64,000 bases of DNA, from the NCBI GenBank assembly GCA_963718875.1, contig OY970378.1, forward strand, positions 132,396 through 196,395. The letters are read 5' to 3'. The notes under the pieces were generated by a model that saw only the letters and a program-made list of their open reading frames with translations, did no database searches and was not told the DNA's origin. The position numbers were made by a program, and so were the translations under genes. Positions 8,220-18,093 of the stretch are shown in pieces; the first letter of the stretch is position 1; every line of letters begins with the position of its first letter. This DNA is from Candidatus Parcubacteria bacterium. GTDB taxonomy: Bacteria; Patescibacteriota; Saccharimonadia; UBA4664; JBIOIQ01.

Positions 8220-9401
8220 CTAGTCCCTTATTGAATGCGAGTGCATTTGCATGCTCGAGTCAGCCACCAGGAGCTTAGGGTCGGTAGTCATGCCATCGTG
8301 TGCATACCAGTAACCCAGCGCGGCGATCATGGCGGCGTTATCCGTGCAGAGGTTCATAGCGGCATAATTAATTTCTATAGGTAAACGCTTTTTGAGCTCG
8401 GTGCGTAAGGCTTGGCTGGCCGCCACGCCACCAGCAATGACAACAGATTTAGGGCTGTGTCGCTCGTAGGCCACCATCATGCGGTCAACCAGGGTGTCGA
8501 TGACAGTTTTTTGAAATGAAGCAGCCACGTCGTTTTTTTGCTGATCGTTTAAAAGGGGAGCGAGGGTGTGGGAGGCAGCAGTTTGGTCGAGACCGAGCAT
8601 GGTTTGAACTTGACGCAACACGGCGGTTTTAACTCCGCTAAAGCTGTAATCTAGACTATCTTTACCAAGCTTGGCTTTGGGGAAAGTAAAAGCATTGGGG
8701 TCGCCATTTAAGGCAGCTTTTTCTAGCGCCGGTCCACCTGGAAATCCTAGCCCGAGTAATTTAGCAATTTTGTCGAACGCTTCGCCAGCGGCGTCGTCGC
8801 GAGTTTGACCTAAAACTTGGTAGTTGTGGTGGCCATGGAACAGAACGATTTGCGAGTGTCCGCCAGATACAATCATAGCTAGCAGTGGGAAGTCGGGCGG
8901 CTGCCATTCGGATTTAACATTTAACATTTGACCTTTGATGTGTGACGAGTCTAAGAAGTTTGCATAAACGTGGGCTTCTACATGGTTGATGGCATAAAGT
9001 GGTTTGTGGTGGAGCTCGGCCAGGGTTCGTGCTGTCAATGTTCCGATTAAGAGTGACCCGAGTAATCCCGGTCCGGCTGTGACGGCAATTCCGTCAATTT
9101 GATCCCACAGAGTGTTGTCATTCCTGCGAAGGCGGGGATCTAGATCGCTGGATCCTCGATCCGGAGCGCTATGGCTTCCGGTCAAGGATGACAATTGGGG
9201 GAAAGCCTGCTCGAAGGCTTTTTCTACCACGGGAAGCATAGCCTCAATGTGGCTACGGGCGGCAATTTCGGGTACGACACCTCCAAATTGCGCGTGAATG
9301 TCAATTTGCGAAGCCACAATGTTGGATAAAATGTGGCGCCCATCTTTTACGACAGCGGCAGCGGTTTCGTCACAACTGGTTTCAATCCCAAGGATATTCA
9401 T
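8220..9401 (-). CDS. tsaD: tRNA N6-adenosine threonylcarbamoyltransferase TsaD (Kae1/Gcp family)
   Basis: MNILGIETSCDETAAAVV N-terminus, AVTAGPGLLGSLLIG, HVEAH metal-binding motif. Contains an extra ~27-aa insert (PQLSSLTGSHSAPDRGSSDLDPRLRRNDNT) not present in typical TsaD. Confidence 0.9.
   Translation of the reverse strand: MNILGIETSCDETAAAVVKDGRHILSNIVASQIDIHAQFGGVVPEIAARSHIEAMLPVVEKAFEQAFPQLSSLTGSHSAPDRGSSDLDPRLRRNDNTLWDQIDGIAVTAGPGLLGSLLIGTLTARTLAELHHKPLYAINHVEAHVYANFLDSSHIKGQMLNVKSEWQPPDFPLLAMIVSGGHSQIVLFHGHHNYQVLGQTRDDAAGEAFDKIAKLLGLGFPGGPALEKAALNGDPNAFTFPKAKLGKDSLDYSFSGVKTAVLRQVQTMLGLDQTAASHTLAPLLNDQQKNDVAASFQKTVIDTLVDRMMVAYERHSPKSVVIAGGVAASQALRTELKKRLPIEINYAAMNLCTDNAAMIAALGYWYAHDGMTTDPKLLVADSSMQMHSHSIRD
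9124..9184 (+). repeat. REP/RPE-like element inserted in frame inside tsaD
   Basis: GGATCC-TCGATCCGGAGCGCTATGGCTTCCGGTCAA-GGATGACAA matches the intergenic family-1 elements (for example 50672-50736, 32843-32873). It coincides with the TsaD insert. Confidence 0.6.
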
Positions 9402-9575
9402 TGGGTTAGTTTAACCCTTCGATTTCACTCAGGGCAAGCATTTACCTTCCATTTGTGTCATTTAATCATGCTGAGTTGCTTTAGAAGGGCAGACATAAAA
9501 GTGGTTGTGGTTGCTATCTGGGGTTGAGGCTAAAGAAGTCGTACTTTTTTAGCCTCAATAAAGTACGACTTCTTT

Positions 9576-10643
9576 TTAGTCAATGTGTTTGCGCTTAACA
9601 TCGAGCTTTTCTTTGGCGTGAACCAGGCTATAAGGGAGTGGTTTAAAAACATAGTCTTGAACGGGCATATAGAGCTCAATATAGCCCCCAAAGCTTTTTT
9701 TAAACGCGGAGTAGCCGTAGCCATAGTGGCCGGGGTGAAAGTTGGAGTCGCCTACAACGCCCCAAAAGTTGTACTTAGTAGCGCCGTGATCACGAGCGAA
9801 TTTCATAATCTCAATGTGCATGAACTGGGGAGCGTGCAGTTCGCGCTCAATGTCATAGGATGCACCATGGAGGTAAGAGGCTTCTTGCCCGAAAGAAGCA
9901 ATTAAAGCACATGCTAGCGGTTGGCCGTTAAGTTCGGCTACAAAGACCTTTTCAAGTCCGGCCGGAGCCGTGACGGCAAACTGTTTGCGATAATAGTCGG
10001 GAGAAAAAGTACCGATGCCGCCTTTGCGAGCGTCGAGAGCGGCCAGCATTGTAAGAAATAGTTCCAAATCCTTAGGTTTATCAGATGAGCGGACTGTAAC
10101 TCCGGCTTTGGCGGCTTTGCGGAGGTAGCGGGGGACGTTACTACGCATGCCGTGTTCGCCAAGCCACTGCAGCAACTGGTCGTCAGATTTGTCTGCAATA
10201 TCGACTACCCAGGCTCGTCCGACCTGGACAAACCAACGCCCGCCAGGCTTAAACCCCAATTCTGGGAAAAGAGCAGCTTCGGAACTGTCGTGGAGTAGAG
10301 CTGGATCAAGCCGTAGGTAAGCGATACCGGGCTGGGTTTGGCAGTAAGTAGTAAGGGTGGTGAGTACATTACGCATCAGTTCCTGGTCGGAATAGTTTAG
10401 TAACGGACCGCGCGGCGAATAGTAGAATTGACTGAAACGATTACGCTCATGTATTAGCAAAACAGTGGCCACAAGCTGAGCTTGATTGTATAAGCCCAAA
10501 CGCTGGATTGATTTGCCTAAGCTCTCTTGAAACGTGCCCCACTCCCAGGTGTGGTAGAACTTGGCGTAAGCTGCTACCTCAGGTCGAGCTAGGAACTGTC
10601 CCAGCTCCGTTGGTGAACTCAAAGGCTGCAGTGTTAACTTCAT
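9576..10643 (-). CDS. FemXAB-family peptidoglycan bridge aminoacyltransferase
   Basis: 355 aa. Fem/MurM-like core (GATKYNFWGV, GYGYSAFKKSFGG). Confidence 0.75.
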   Translation of the reverse strand: MKLTLQPLSSPTELGQFLARPEVAAYAKFYHTWEWGTFQESLGKSIQRLGLYNQAQLVATVLLIHERNRFSQFYYSPRGPLLNYSDQELMRNVLTTLTTYCQTQPGIAYLRLDPALLHDSSEAALFPELGFKPGGRWFVQVGRAWVVDIADKSDDQLLQWLGEHGMRSNVPRYLRKAAKAGVTVRSSDKPKDLELFLTMLAALDARKGGIGTFSPDYYRKQFAVTAPAGLEKVFVAELNGQPLACALIASFGQEASYLHGASYDIERELHAPQFMHIEIMKFARDHGATKYNFWGVVGDSNFHPGHYGYGYSAFKKSFGGYIELYMPVQDYVFKPLPYSLVHAKEKLDVKRKHID

Positions 10644-11901
10644 TTGCGATCATTGTAGCATGGGATTCAGTAATGTTTGGGCCTGTTGGTAGGTTAATAA
10701 TACGGCTAGCAACAGATTCAGCTATAGGGCAACCGCTCGGCTGATAATTGATAGTAATGTAGTCAACCCCTGCCGGATAAATGGGCGGTGAGTACCAATT
10801 GCTAACGTAAATTGCTTTGGCTGCTAGGGTAGCGACCAAATAATCGCGTAGTTCTGTCGATTGGCAGATTACTGGGTATTTGATATAGGCGGTAGATTGC
10901 TTGGCAGGAGTGAGTCCGGGGTTAGCTTCAATTTTTGATTGGTATAGCTCAGCCAACTTGAGTCGGTGGTTGAGGTTGGGGTTGATATGATTTAAGGCAT
11001 CTAAAACAATTTTGGCGTGTACCCCTGGAAGCGTGGCGAGGGTATGGCTGGGTATCCCGCCGGCGTACTCGGGTTTGGCAACTGCCTGTTTGAGTAATCG
11101 CAGAACTTGTAACAAACGTCGCAAGGGGTTGCTGAGCAAGGTAGGGATTTTGCGTAAAAGCTGGCGTAAAGCAGGATATATCAACCACAAAAAGCTTTGC
11201 CAGCGAGGTAGCTCAGGCAGATCGTGGTAATCTGACTCGACCTCACGAATCAGATGGGGGTTATTAACCAATAAGGCGCCACCCAGTTTGGTTGAAAGGC
11301 TTTTTTCTATGCCAAAACTAATAATGGCTGCATCGCCAAATGTGCCTAGAGCTTGATTGTTTATATTTAGTCCAAGAGCATGAGCACAGTCCTCGATTAA
11401 AAGGAGGCCATGTTTTTTGGCAAGCTCCTGAACGTGTTCTAAGGCTCCTGGAAGGCCGAACGTATGTTGAAGCATAATTACTTTGGTTCGAGGCGTGATG
11501 TGGCTTGTAAGGCTTTCTAGCGAGGCTGAGAGGGTATCTGGATCTATGTCGACGTATACTGGTACTAATCCGGCCCACAAAATTGGGTTAATAGCTGTTA
11601 CACAAGTAAAGCTTTGGACAAGCACTTCGCTACCAGTAGTTAGGTTGAGCGATTTTAAAAACAAGTAAATAGCGGTGCGACCGTTGGCGGTTAAAAACCA
11701 TTGGTGTGGTTTATGGCTATTGGCGAAATAGAGGTCGTCTAAGGCCTTTTTGAGCTGGTTAAATGGCCGCGAGTTGTTGAAGCCCGGAAAGTTGAGGGTA
11801 AGGCCAATGTAGGTTGAGTTGCGCATAAAGTTAACTATAGCAAAGAAGTCAGACTTGGTTGAACGGAAAGAAGTACGACTTGTGAGCGTGTACATAAGCA
11901 T
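10579..11901 (-). CDS. DegT/DnrJ/EryC1/StrS-family PLP-dependent aminotransferase (start uncertain)
   Basis: Conserved aminotransferase core including IEDCAHALG-type motif. The long N-terminal extension suggests the true start is an internal Met. Overlaps the downstream fem gene by 65 nt. Confidence 0.7.
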   Translation of the reverse strand: MLMYTLTSRTSFRSTKSDFFAIVNFMRNSTYIGLTLNFPGFNNSRPFNQLKKALDDLYFANSHKPHQWFLTANGRTAIYLFLKSLNLTTGSEVLVQSFTCVTAINPILWAGLVPVYVDIDPDTLSASLESLTSHITPRTKVIMLQHTFGLPGALEHVQELAKKHGLLLIEDCAHALGLNINNQALGTFGDAAIISFGIEKSLSTKLGGALLVNNPHLIREVESDYHDLPELPRWQSFLWLIYPALRQLLRKIPTLLSNPLRRLLQVLRLLKQAVAKPEYAGGIPSHTLATLPGVHAKIVLDALNHINPNLNHRLKLAELYQSKIEANPGLTPAKQSTAYIKYPVICQSTELRDYLVATLAAKAIYVSNWYSPPIYPAGVDYITINYQPSGCPIAESVASRIINLPTGPNITESHATMIANEVNTAAFEFTNGAGTVPSST

Positions 11902-11938
11902 TAAAGTTACTTAATTAGTCGGATGCTACAATACGAGC

Positions 11939-12928
11939 ATGAATATGCACCCGGGGCTGCCCGAAATTAGTTGGGATAAGTTGCTTGTAACTCAAAATGG
12001 TCATTTTTTGCAGTCTAGAGAGTGGATGCAGTTTCAGATTGAGCTTGGGCGGACAGTTTTCTCGGATCACGGGGACGTATGGAGCTGGATTGCGACAGCT
12101 AGACAGACGTTGCAATTTCGGTATTTAGCTTCAGCCTATGGGCCAACTGCTACCCCGCTATCTTTAGCCGATGCATTAGATTCAATAGTTGTAGCGGCTA
12201 AGAAGCAAAAGGTCGATTTTGTGCGGATTGAACCACTAGGGGTGACAAAAGAGGAGCTCAGGGTAAGCGGCTATAAGCTGGTAGCGCTAGAAGAGATTGA
12301 GCCGGAAATAACTTCATTAATTGATTTAAGCTTGAGCGAGGAAGAATTAAGACATAATTTGAGCTCGGGTCACCGCAATGCCATTAATGGTGCTGAACGG
12401 CGCGGAATTGTTATCCGCGAGGGAAAGTTGAGTTCGGATATCGACGAGTTTAATCGCTTGATGCGTCAAACTGCCCAAAAAGCCGGCATTCGAGTGCATG
12501 ATGCCAGTTATTTTAAAACCATGATGAGAGTGTTGAGTCCAGCGGGCAGAGCAAAACTATATTTGGCTGAAGCCGAGGGAAAGGCGATTGCGGCGACGAT
12601 TATTTATAGCCATAACAAGATTTGGTACTATGCGCATGCGGCGAGCGATCCAGAATTTGTAAAACTTCAGGCTGGAGTACCGTTGCTATGGCGGGCAATT
12701 ATGGACGCTAAGGCAGCTGGAGCAGGTGAATTTGACTTGTGGGGGGTAGTGCCTGTTGACGATGCACATAGTTCAAAATCAGGGTACAGTCGATTTAAGC
12801 GAGCTTTTGGTGGAGTTGACAGGGTATACGCGGGTACTTGGGATTTGATAATAAACCCGGGTCGATATCGGTTGTTTAAGTTAGCGCGCAATGCTTCAAG
12901 AGTAGTGCGCAAACTGAGACGAACGTGA
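11939..12928 (+). CDS. FemXAB-family aminoacyltransferase (paralog 2)
   Basis: 329 aa. LWGVVPVDDAHSSKSGYSRFKRAFGG motif shared with the other Fem paralogs. Confidence 0.75.
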   Translation: MNMHPGLPEISWDKLLVTQNGHFLQSREWMQFQIELGRTVFSDHGDVWSWIATARQTLQFRYLASAYGPTATPLSLADALDSIVVAAKKQKVDFVRIEPLGVTKEELRVSGYKLVALEEIEPEITSLIDLSLSEEELRHNLSSGHRNAINGAERRGIVIREGKLSSDIDEFNRLMRQTAQKAGIRVHDASYFKTMMRVLSPAGRAKLYLAEAEGKAIAATIIYSHNKIWYYAHAASDPEFVKLQAGVPLLWRAIMDAKAAGAGEFDLWGVVPVDDAHSSKSGYSRFKRAFGGVDRVYAGTWDLIINPGRYRLFKLARNASRVVRKLRRT

Positions 12929-13962
12929 GGCAGGCAACTGCAGAGGAGTTAGCGCGGTGGGATGAGTTGGTTTTGGCTAATCCGGACGGTGGGCATGTTT
13001 TTCAGACGCGAGCGTGGGGTGAATTCAAGTCCGGATGCGGTTGGAAGCCACAATTTATGATTCATGATCTGGGGGGAGTGCAGCTAGCGGTGATGTATTT
13101 GGTGCGCAGATTTAGTTACTTTGGTGAATTATGGTGGGTGCCCAAAGGGCCCGGAGTAGCTAGTCAAGCTCAAATAGCCAGCTATGTTGCATCGCTAGAC
13201 CTACCAAAAACAGCTTTTATGCTACGTATAAATCCGGTTTTGAGCGTGGATGGAATTGACCAACCGCTTTTTAAATCCATTGGGTTGATGGAGGCAAAGC
13301 GTGATGTACAGCCGGATAAGGCGACGATTTTGATTGATTTAAGTCGAAATGAGGAGGAAATTTTAGCTGCATTTAAACAAAAGACGCGCTACAATGTGCG
13401 CTTGGCAGCTAAAAAGGGCGTAGTAGTTGAGGCTGTTTCAGCAACAGATGAAAATCTTGAGTTGATGTACCAGTTGATGCACGAAACTAGCTCGCGAGCC
13501 CAATATTACATGCGGGAGCGGAGCTATTATTTAAATTACTGGCGCAAACTGAGTGAGGTTGGTCACGGGCAGTTGATGTTTGCCAGCTTTGAGGGTGAGT
13601 TGCTAGCCGGGTTGTTTGCAACGTATTTTGGTCAAAAAGGCTGGTACAAAGACGGAGGGTCGTTTAAGAAGCATCCGGAAGTAATGGCGCCATATCTGTT
13701 GCAATGGGAGACAATGCGTTGGTTGAGGGGACGAGGCGTGACAGTTTATGACCTGGTGGGCGTGCCGTCACGGCGGGATTTAAACCCAGAAAGTAAGATT
13801 TATAGCTTGTACCAGTTCAAATCTGGCTTTAACGACGAAATTATAGAGTACATCAACTCCTACGACTTGCCGCTGTCATCTAAATTTAGTCAATGGGATG
13901 CTTGGGGTGAGCGGTTAACGAGCAAGTACTATATGCGGATCAAGCGTGAACTTCTGTATTAG
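12925..13962 (+). CDS. FemXAB-family aminoacyltransferase (paralog 3)
   Basis: 345 aa. YDLVGVP...YQFKSGFN motif. The 4-nt overlap with the upstream paralog indicates an operon. Confidence 0.75.
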   Translation: MRQATAEELARWDELVLANPDGGHVFQTRAWGEFKSGCGWKPQFMIHDLGGVQLAVMYLVRRFSYFGELWWVPKGPGVASQAQIASYVASLDLPKTAFMLRINPVLSVDGIDQPLFKSIGLMEAKRDVQPDKATILIDLSRNEEEILAAFKQKTRYNVRLAAKKGVVVEAVSATDENLELMYQLMHETSSRAQYYMRERSYYLNYWRKLSEVGHGQLMFASFEGELLAGLFATYFGQKGWYKDGGSFKKHPEVMAPYLLQWETMRWLRGRGVTVYDLVGVPSRRDLNPESKIYSLYQFKSGFNDEIIEYINSYDLPLSSKFSQWDAWGERLTSKYYMRIKRELLY

Positions 13963-14033
13963 TGACAAGAGATGTGTAGATAGTAGATAGGTAGGGTAAT
14001 CCCAAATTATTGGTTAAATGTTAGACTAGGATT

Positions 14034-15338
14034 ATGTTTCGTAATCTTGTAAAAGCTTTAATCCCGCGGCAGCTTTTCAAGCAAATTGAGCCGTACGGCC
14101 ATTGGGTTGAGGCGCTGCTGGCTAATATTTGGTATGGTTTTCCAGCTCGGAACTTACATGTGATTGGAGTAACTGGAACAGATGGCAAGACTACAACAAC
14201 TACGCTGATTTGGCAGATGTTAGTCGAGGCTGGGTATAAAGCTGGGTTTATGACCACAGTAGGTTATGGCACGCATATGTATCAAAAGGTTCAGCACATA
14301 CACATTACAACTTTGCAAAGTTTTCCTTTGATGAAGCGGATACAGGAGCTAAAACGTGATGGAATTGAATGGTTGGTTCTGGAAACCAGTAGCCACTCTC
14401 TGGCACAAAATCGTACGTTTGGAATTCCTTACGAAGTAGCAGTAATGACAAACGTAACGCTTGATCATCTCGATTATCATGGGACGTTTGAGCGTTATCG
14501 TGATGCCAAAAAACGGTTGTTTAGTTTGGCCAATAAGCGTGGGTTACGAGCAGGAGTTGCTAATGCTGACGACCCATCAGGTGAGTTGTTTACGGCCGAA
14601 GTAGCGCATTCCATTTTATACGGAGTAAATGAGGGAACGTTAAGAGCCGATAAAGTCAAAAGTACTTCGAAGGGGAATCAGTTTGTGGCTGCCTATCAAG
14701 ATCGCCGGATTGAGATTCAGTCATTTTTGCCAGGTAGCTTCAATGTTTATAATGTTCTGGCGGCTGTAGGAACTGGAATAAGCCTGGGATTAACTGATGG
14801 TCAGATTACCGATGGCATTGCGGCGCTCAAAAGTGTGGAAGGCCGGATGAATACAATCGATGAGGGGCAGGATTTTACAGTGATTGTTGATTATGCTTCT
14901 ACCCCGGGCGGGTTTGAGGCAGTGCTTCCGGGCGTCAAAAAAGGGACTAAAGGCCGCGTAATAGCAGTGTTTGGCTCGGCCGGTGGACAGCGAGATCCGG
15001 CTAAACGTCCAGTCCAAGGTAGGGTGGCCGCTACTTATTGCGATGAGGTGGTCATTACTGAAGAAGATGATCGGGATACCGATGGCGTAATGATTATGGA
15101 TCAGATTGCGGCAGGAGCAGAAAGTGCCGGCAAAAAGCGAGATAAAAATCTGTTTTTGGTACACGACAGGCGCGAAGCGATTAAGTTTGCAATTGGTCGA
15201 GCACGTTCAGGGGACACAGTTTTGTTGTTGGGCAAAGGGCATGAACGTACGATTGAGCGCGCCAGTGGTGACGTTCCTTGGAATGAGGCTGGCGAAGCTC
15301 GGATAGCGCTAAGGGCGCGATTAAATACCAGGTCTTAA
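14034..15338 (+). CDS. murE: Mur ligase, UDP-N-acetylmuramoyl-tripeptide synthetase (MurE-like)
   Basis: IGVTGTDGKTTTT P-loop, central Mur ligase domain, C-terminal LLGKGHE. Confidence 0.85.
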   Translation: MFRNLVKALIPRQLFKQIEPYGHWVEALLANIWYGFPARNLHVIGVTGTDGKTTTTTLIWQMLVEAGYKAGFMTTVGYGTHMYQKVQHIHITTLQSFPLMKRIQELKRDGIEWLVLETSSHSLAQNRTFGIPYEVAVMTNVTLDHLDYHGTFERYRDAKKRLFSLANKRGLRAGVANADDPSGELFTAEVAHSILYGVNEGTLRADKVKSTSKGNQFVAAYQDRRIEIQSFLPGSFNVYNVLAAVGTGISLGLTDGQITDGIAALKSVEGRMNTIDEGQDFTVIVDYASTPGGFEAVLPGVKKGTKGRVIAVFGSAGGQRDPAKRPVQGRVAATYCDEVVITEEDDRDTDGVMIMDQIAAGAESAGKKRDKNLFLVHDRREAIKFAIGRARSGDTVLLLGKGHERTIERASGDVPWNEAGEARIALRARLNTRS

Positions 15339-15482
15339 AATCTAGATTTCTTAGGCATTAAGTATCAAGACCTGGTCTTGGAAATACGGCAAATATCAGA
15401 TCTGGTCTTGCAGGAAACTGCCTATGCTTGCATTCGGTATTTGTTCGGTTACACTAAGAAGTGTAATAAGGAGAATGGAGTG

Positions 15483-15653
15483 ATGGAGCAAAGTAATTTG
15501 AGCGTACCAATGACGCCTGCACAGAAAATTTTTTTAAAAGACCTAGCCAAGCAAACGGGTGAAAAGTTTTACGAAGATTTAAGTAAAGCTCAAGCATCGA
15601 AAAAGATTGAAGAGTTGCAGGCAAAGCGAAGAGCTAAGGCTGCTAAGGTTTAA
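15483..15653 (+). CDS. small hypothetical protein (DUF3072-like)
   Basis: Internal Met of ORF 15378-15653 with AAGGAGA RBS. 56 aa, charged helical. Confidence 0.4.
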   Translation: MEQSNLSVPMTPAQKIFLKDLAKQTGEKFYEDLSKAQASKKIEELQAKRRAKAAKV

Positions 15654-15708
15654 GACCAAAGTCAGACTTTTAAATCTAGACTAGCTGAGCCATGACTGAA
15701 GGCTGACT

Positions 15709-16359
15709 TTACTTAAGTCCGATTACCACCAACATTCGTCCCGCCCGATCTCCATCACGACGATAGCTCTGCAAGGATTGGTCGTGGATGGTGCAGCGAG
15801 GATCTAATTCTAGCTGGCTGGCAGGTATACCGACTGTGGATAGCTGGTCTTGAATAATGGCTTGATTGTTGAAATACAGTTTGTCGTCTCGTGTTTCAAA
15901 GAATTTTGACGCAAAGTTAGCTTGAAAGTCGGGCAGGACTTCGTAACAACACTTTTGCGCTAATGGACTTACGTAACCCCAGATGTTTTTAGGCTTGCTA
16001 CCAAACTGATCTACAAGTCGGGTAATGGTTTTTGAAACAATATCCAGTTTGCTGCCGCGCCAACCTGAGTGAATAGCTGCAACTACACTATGTTCGGGAT
16101 CATAAAGCAAAATAGTGGCACAGTCGGCTACGCGCATTCCAATTAACCAGCCAAGTTGGTGGGTGATTAGTGCATCTCCGGAGGTTGGTTCTAGCCCTTG
16201 CTCAGTTTCATTAATGGTGTCGCCGTGAACTTGATGCTGGACAATAATGCGTTTAAAACCAAGAGTTTGTGCGCCGGCATCATCAAACGCATCATGCGAC
16301 AAGCCAGCTAGAATATTTGGAAACTGGTTAAAGATGTTTGGTGGCTCAAGCTGGATCAT
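15709..16359 (-). CDS. pgeF: peptidoglycan editing factor PgeF / YfiH (DUF152) family protein
   Basis: HGDTI...ADCATILLYDPEHSVVAAIHSGWRG motifs typical of YfiH/LACC1 family. Confidence 0.8.
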   Translation of the reverse strand: MIQLEPPNIFNQFPNILAGLSHDAFDDAGAQTLGFKRIIVQHQVHGDTINETEQGLEPTSGDALITHQLGWLIGMRVADCATILLYDPEHSVVAAIHSGWRGSKLDIVSKTITRLVDQFGSKPKNIWGYVSPLAQKCCYEVLPDFQANFASKFFETRDDKLYFNNQAIIQDQLSTVGIPASQLELDPRCTIHDQSLQSYRRDGDRAGRMLVVIGLK

Positions 16360-16557
16360 GTTTTAAGATTGCCATGTCTGTGATGGTGTTGCAATTGATT
16401 TTGATTAGTCTCTGGCTGTCCAAGCGGAACTAATCGAACAATAAGGGGATGCGCATGGATATTGAAATACTTATTCGCAGTTCCAGTAGAAAATTTTATT
16501 GTTCGATCCTGCCTACCGAAGGAAGGCGACAGCGAAAGGTGCCTAGTTGACTCAAGC

Positions 16558-17361
16558 TTAAATCGGCAAATCTAGCCCTAGGCAACGGACTCCACCACCG
16601 GAAAAAACAAATTGGTTGATATTAATCGGAAAGACATTAAAGCCTCGGCTTTCCAACTCTTTGATAAGTCCTGGAGCCCTGAAGGGGAGTATGACATTTG
16701 TGCCGTCGCTCTGAAGGTTGCAGCCAAAACCCAAAGCATCGCGTAAAGAAACTTCTATGAGCTCTACCCCCGGCAAGGCTTTGAGCTTAATTTGACTAGG
16801 CTCGTCTAATGCATCGGGACTATAAGCTATTAAGTCTGGGCGTAACACGCCGACCGACATATCTAGGTCATAAAAACGGGGATCTTTGGCGTGGAGGCTT
16901 ACAACCTCAACGTTAAAATAATCGGATAGTTCTCGGTGGACCTCAATGTCGCTGGCGCGACGATCCCTTTCGCCATAACCCGCTAGCAGCACGTCGCCAA
17001 TCCATAATGCATCACCACCACCACCAAACCTATAATTGGTTTCTTTAACTGCAAAGCCGTGAGACTCGAACCAGTTCTTGTGATAAGGATGTTCTGGTTG
17101 ACGCTCGGCGGGTAAGTTGGATAAAAATACTTTAGAGTCTTTTACAACGCCAGCATTGGCTGTAAAACACAAATCAGGGCAGTTTGGCACTGGTTCAATA
17201 AACTCGAGCTGGTGTCCCTGTGACTTGAGTGTATGAGCTAGCTCATTTTGCTGACTCAAAGCCTTTTCGAGGTTTGGTTGGTGCTCAACGTGCATCCAGG
17301 GGTTAATTTCAAAATTAACCCCAAAATAGTTGGCTTTGCACATAAGAATACGTTTGGTCAT
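16558..17361 (-). CDS. amidinotransferase/DDAH-superfamily hydrolase
   Basis: 267 aa. NYFGVNFEINPWM N-terminus, FGGGGDALWIG, C-terminal GGGVRCLGL (catalytic Cys motif of the amidinotransferase fold). Confidence 0.6.
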   Translation of the reverse strand: MTKRILMCKANYFGVNFEINPWMHVEHQPNLEKALSQQNELAHTLKSQGHQLEFIEPVPNCPDLCFTANAGVVKDSKVFLSNLPAERQPEHPYHKNWFESHGFAVKETNYRFGGGGDALWIGDVLLAGYGERDRRASDIEVHRELSDYFNVEVVSLHAKDPRFYDLDMSVGVLRPDLIAYSPDALDEPSQIKLKALPGVELIEVSLRDALGFGCNLQSDGTNVILPFRAPGLIKELESRGFNVFPININQFVFSGGGVRCLGLDLPI

Positions 17362-17387
17362 AAGAACTATATTAACCCTTGCAAATT

Positions 17388-17951
17388 TTACTTAGTAAAA
17401 AGTAAGAATGAAGTGATGTTGTACTTAAGGTCTTGAATACCGGCTTCTAGAATTTCCAATTCAAATAACTTGGCAGCTTGGGCAGAGGCAATGACGGCGA
17501 CAGTGGATGAAAGCTTACCGTGGCGTAAATCTTGAGCTGCGAGTGCAGTATCTGGGTAATCTTTTAGCGGTGTGCTTCCAAATTCCCGTTTTAAGAATTG
17601 TCGGCATTGGGCAAGGGCTTGAGGGTGAGATGTGATAGATTCTATATCAGTTATTTTTGTTCCAGGTAGAACCATCAGGTTTTGTTGGACATCCAGTTGA
17701 AGTACTTTTTTGATTGTAAAGACATAGTTGGCCATGGCAAAAAGAGTTTCGTTAACCATGCCGCCGGCAGAGTTTTCGAGCGGTACGATTCCGTGGGTTG
17801 CGTTGCCTGACATTACAGTTTGAAAGGTACGTTCAGCGGTAACAGCGTAAAATATGTCGCCATTAAGTTGATTATTGGCCAAATATTTTTGAGCAGCTTC
17901 GTCGTCGAATGATCCAGCAATGCCTGAAACTGCAATTGTTACGTGGTCCAT
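17388..17951 (-). CDS. pheA: prephenate dehydratase (PDT domain only)
   Basis: IAVSGIAGSFDDEAAQKY...IVPLENSAGGMVNETL motifs. 187 aa with no ACT domain. Confidence 0.7.
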   Translation of the reverse strand: MDHVTIAVSGIAGSFDDEAAQKYLANNQLNGDIFYAVTAERTFQTVMSGNATHGIVPLENSAGGMVNETLFAMANYVFTIKKVLQLDVQQNLMVLPGTKITDIESITSHPQALAQCRQFLKREFGSTPLKDYPDTALAAQDLRHGKLSSTVAVIASAQAAKLFELEILEAGIQDLKYNITSFLLFTK

Positions 17952-18093
17952 AAGTGCCTAGCTTACACGATTTTTGTGCTTTGCGCATTTCAAATCAATC
18001 GATCTTTAGCGAGGTTCATACATTTTGCATTGCGGAACTTAGGCGTCAGTGTCAAAAGTTAAATGTTTTTGGTTAGAGTGGTAGAATGAACTC

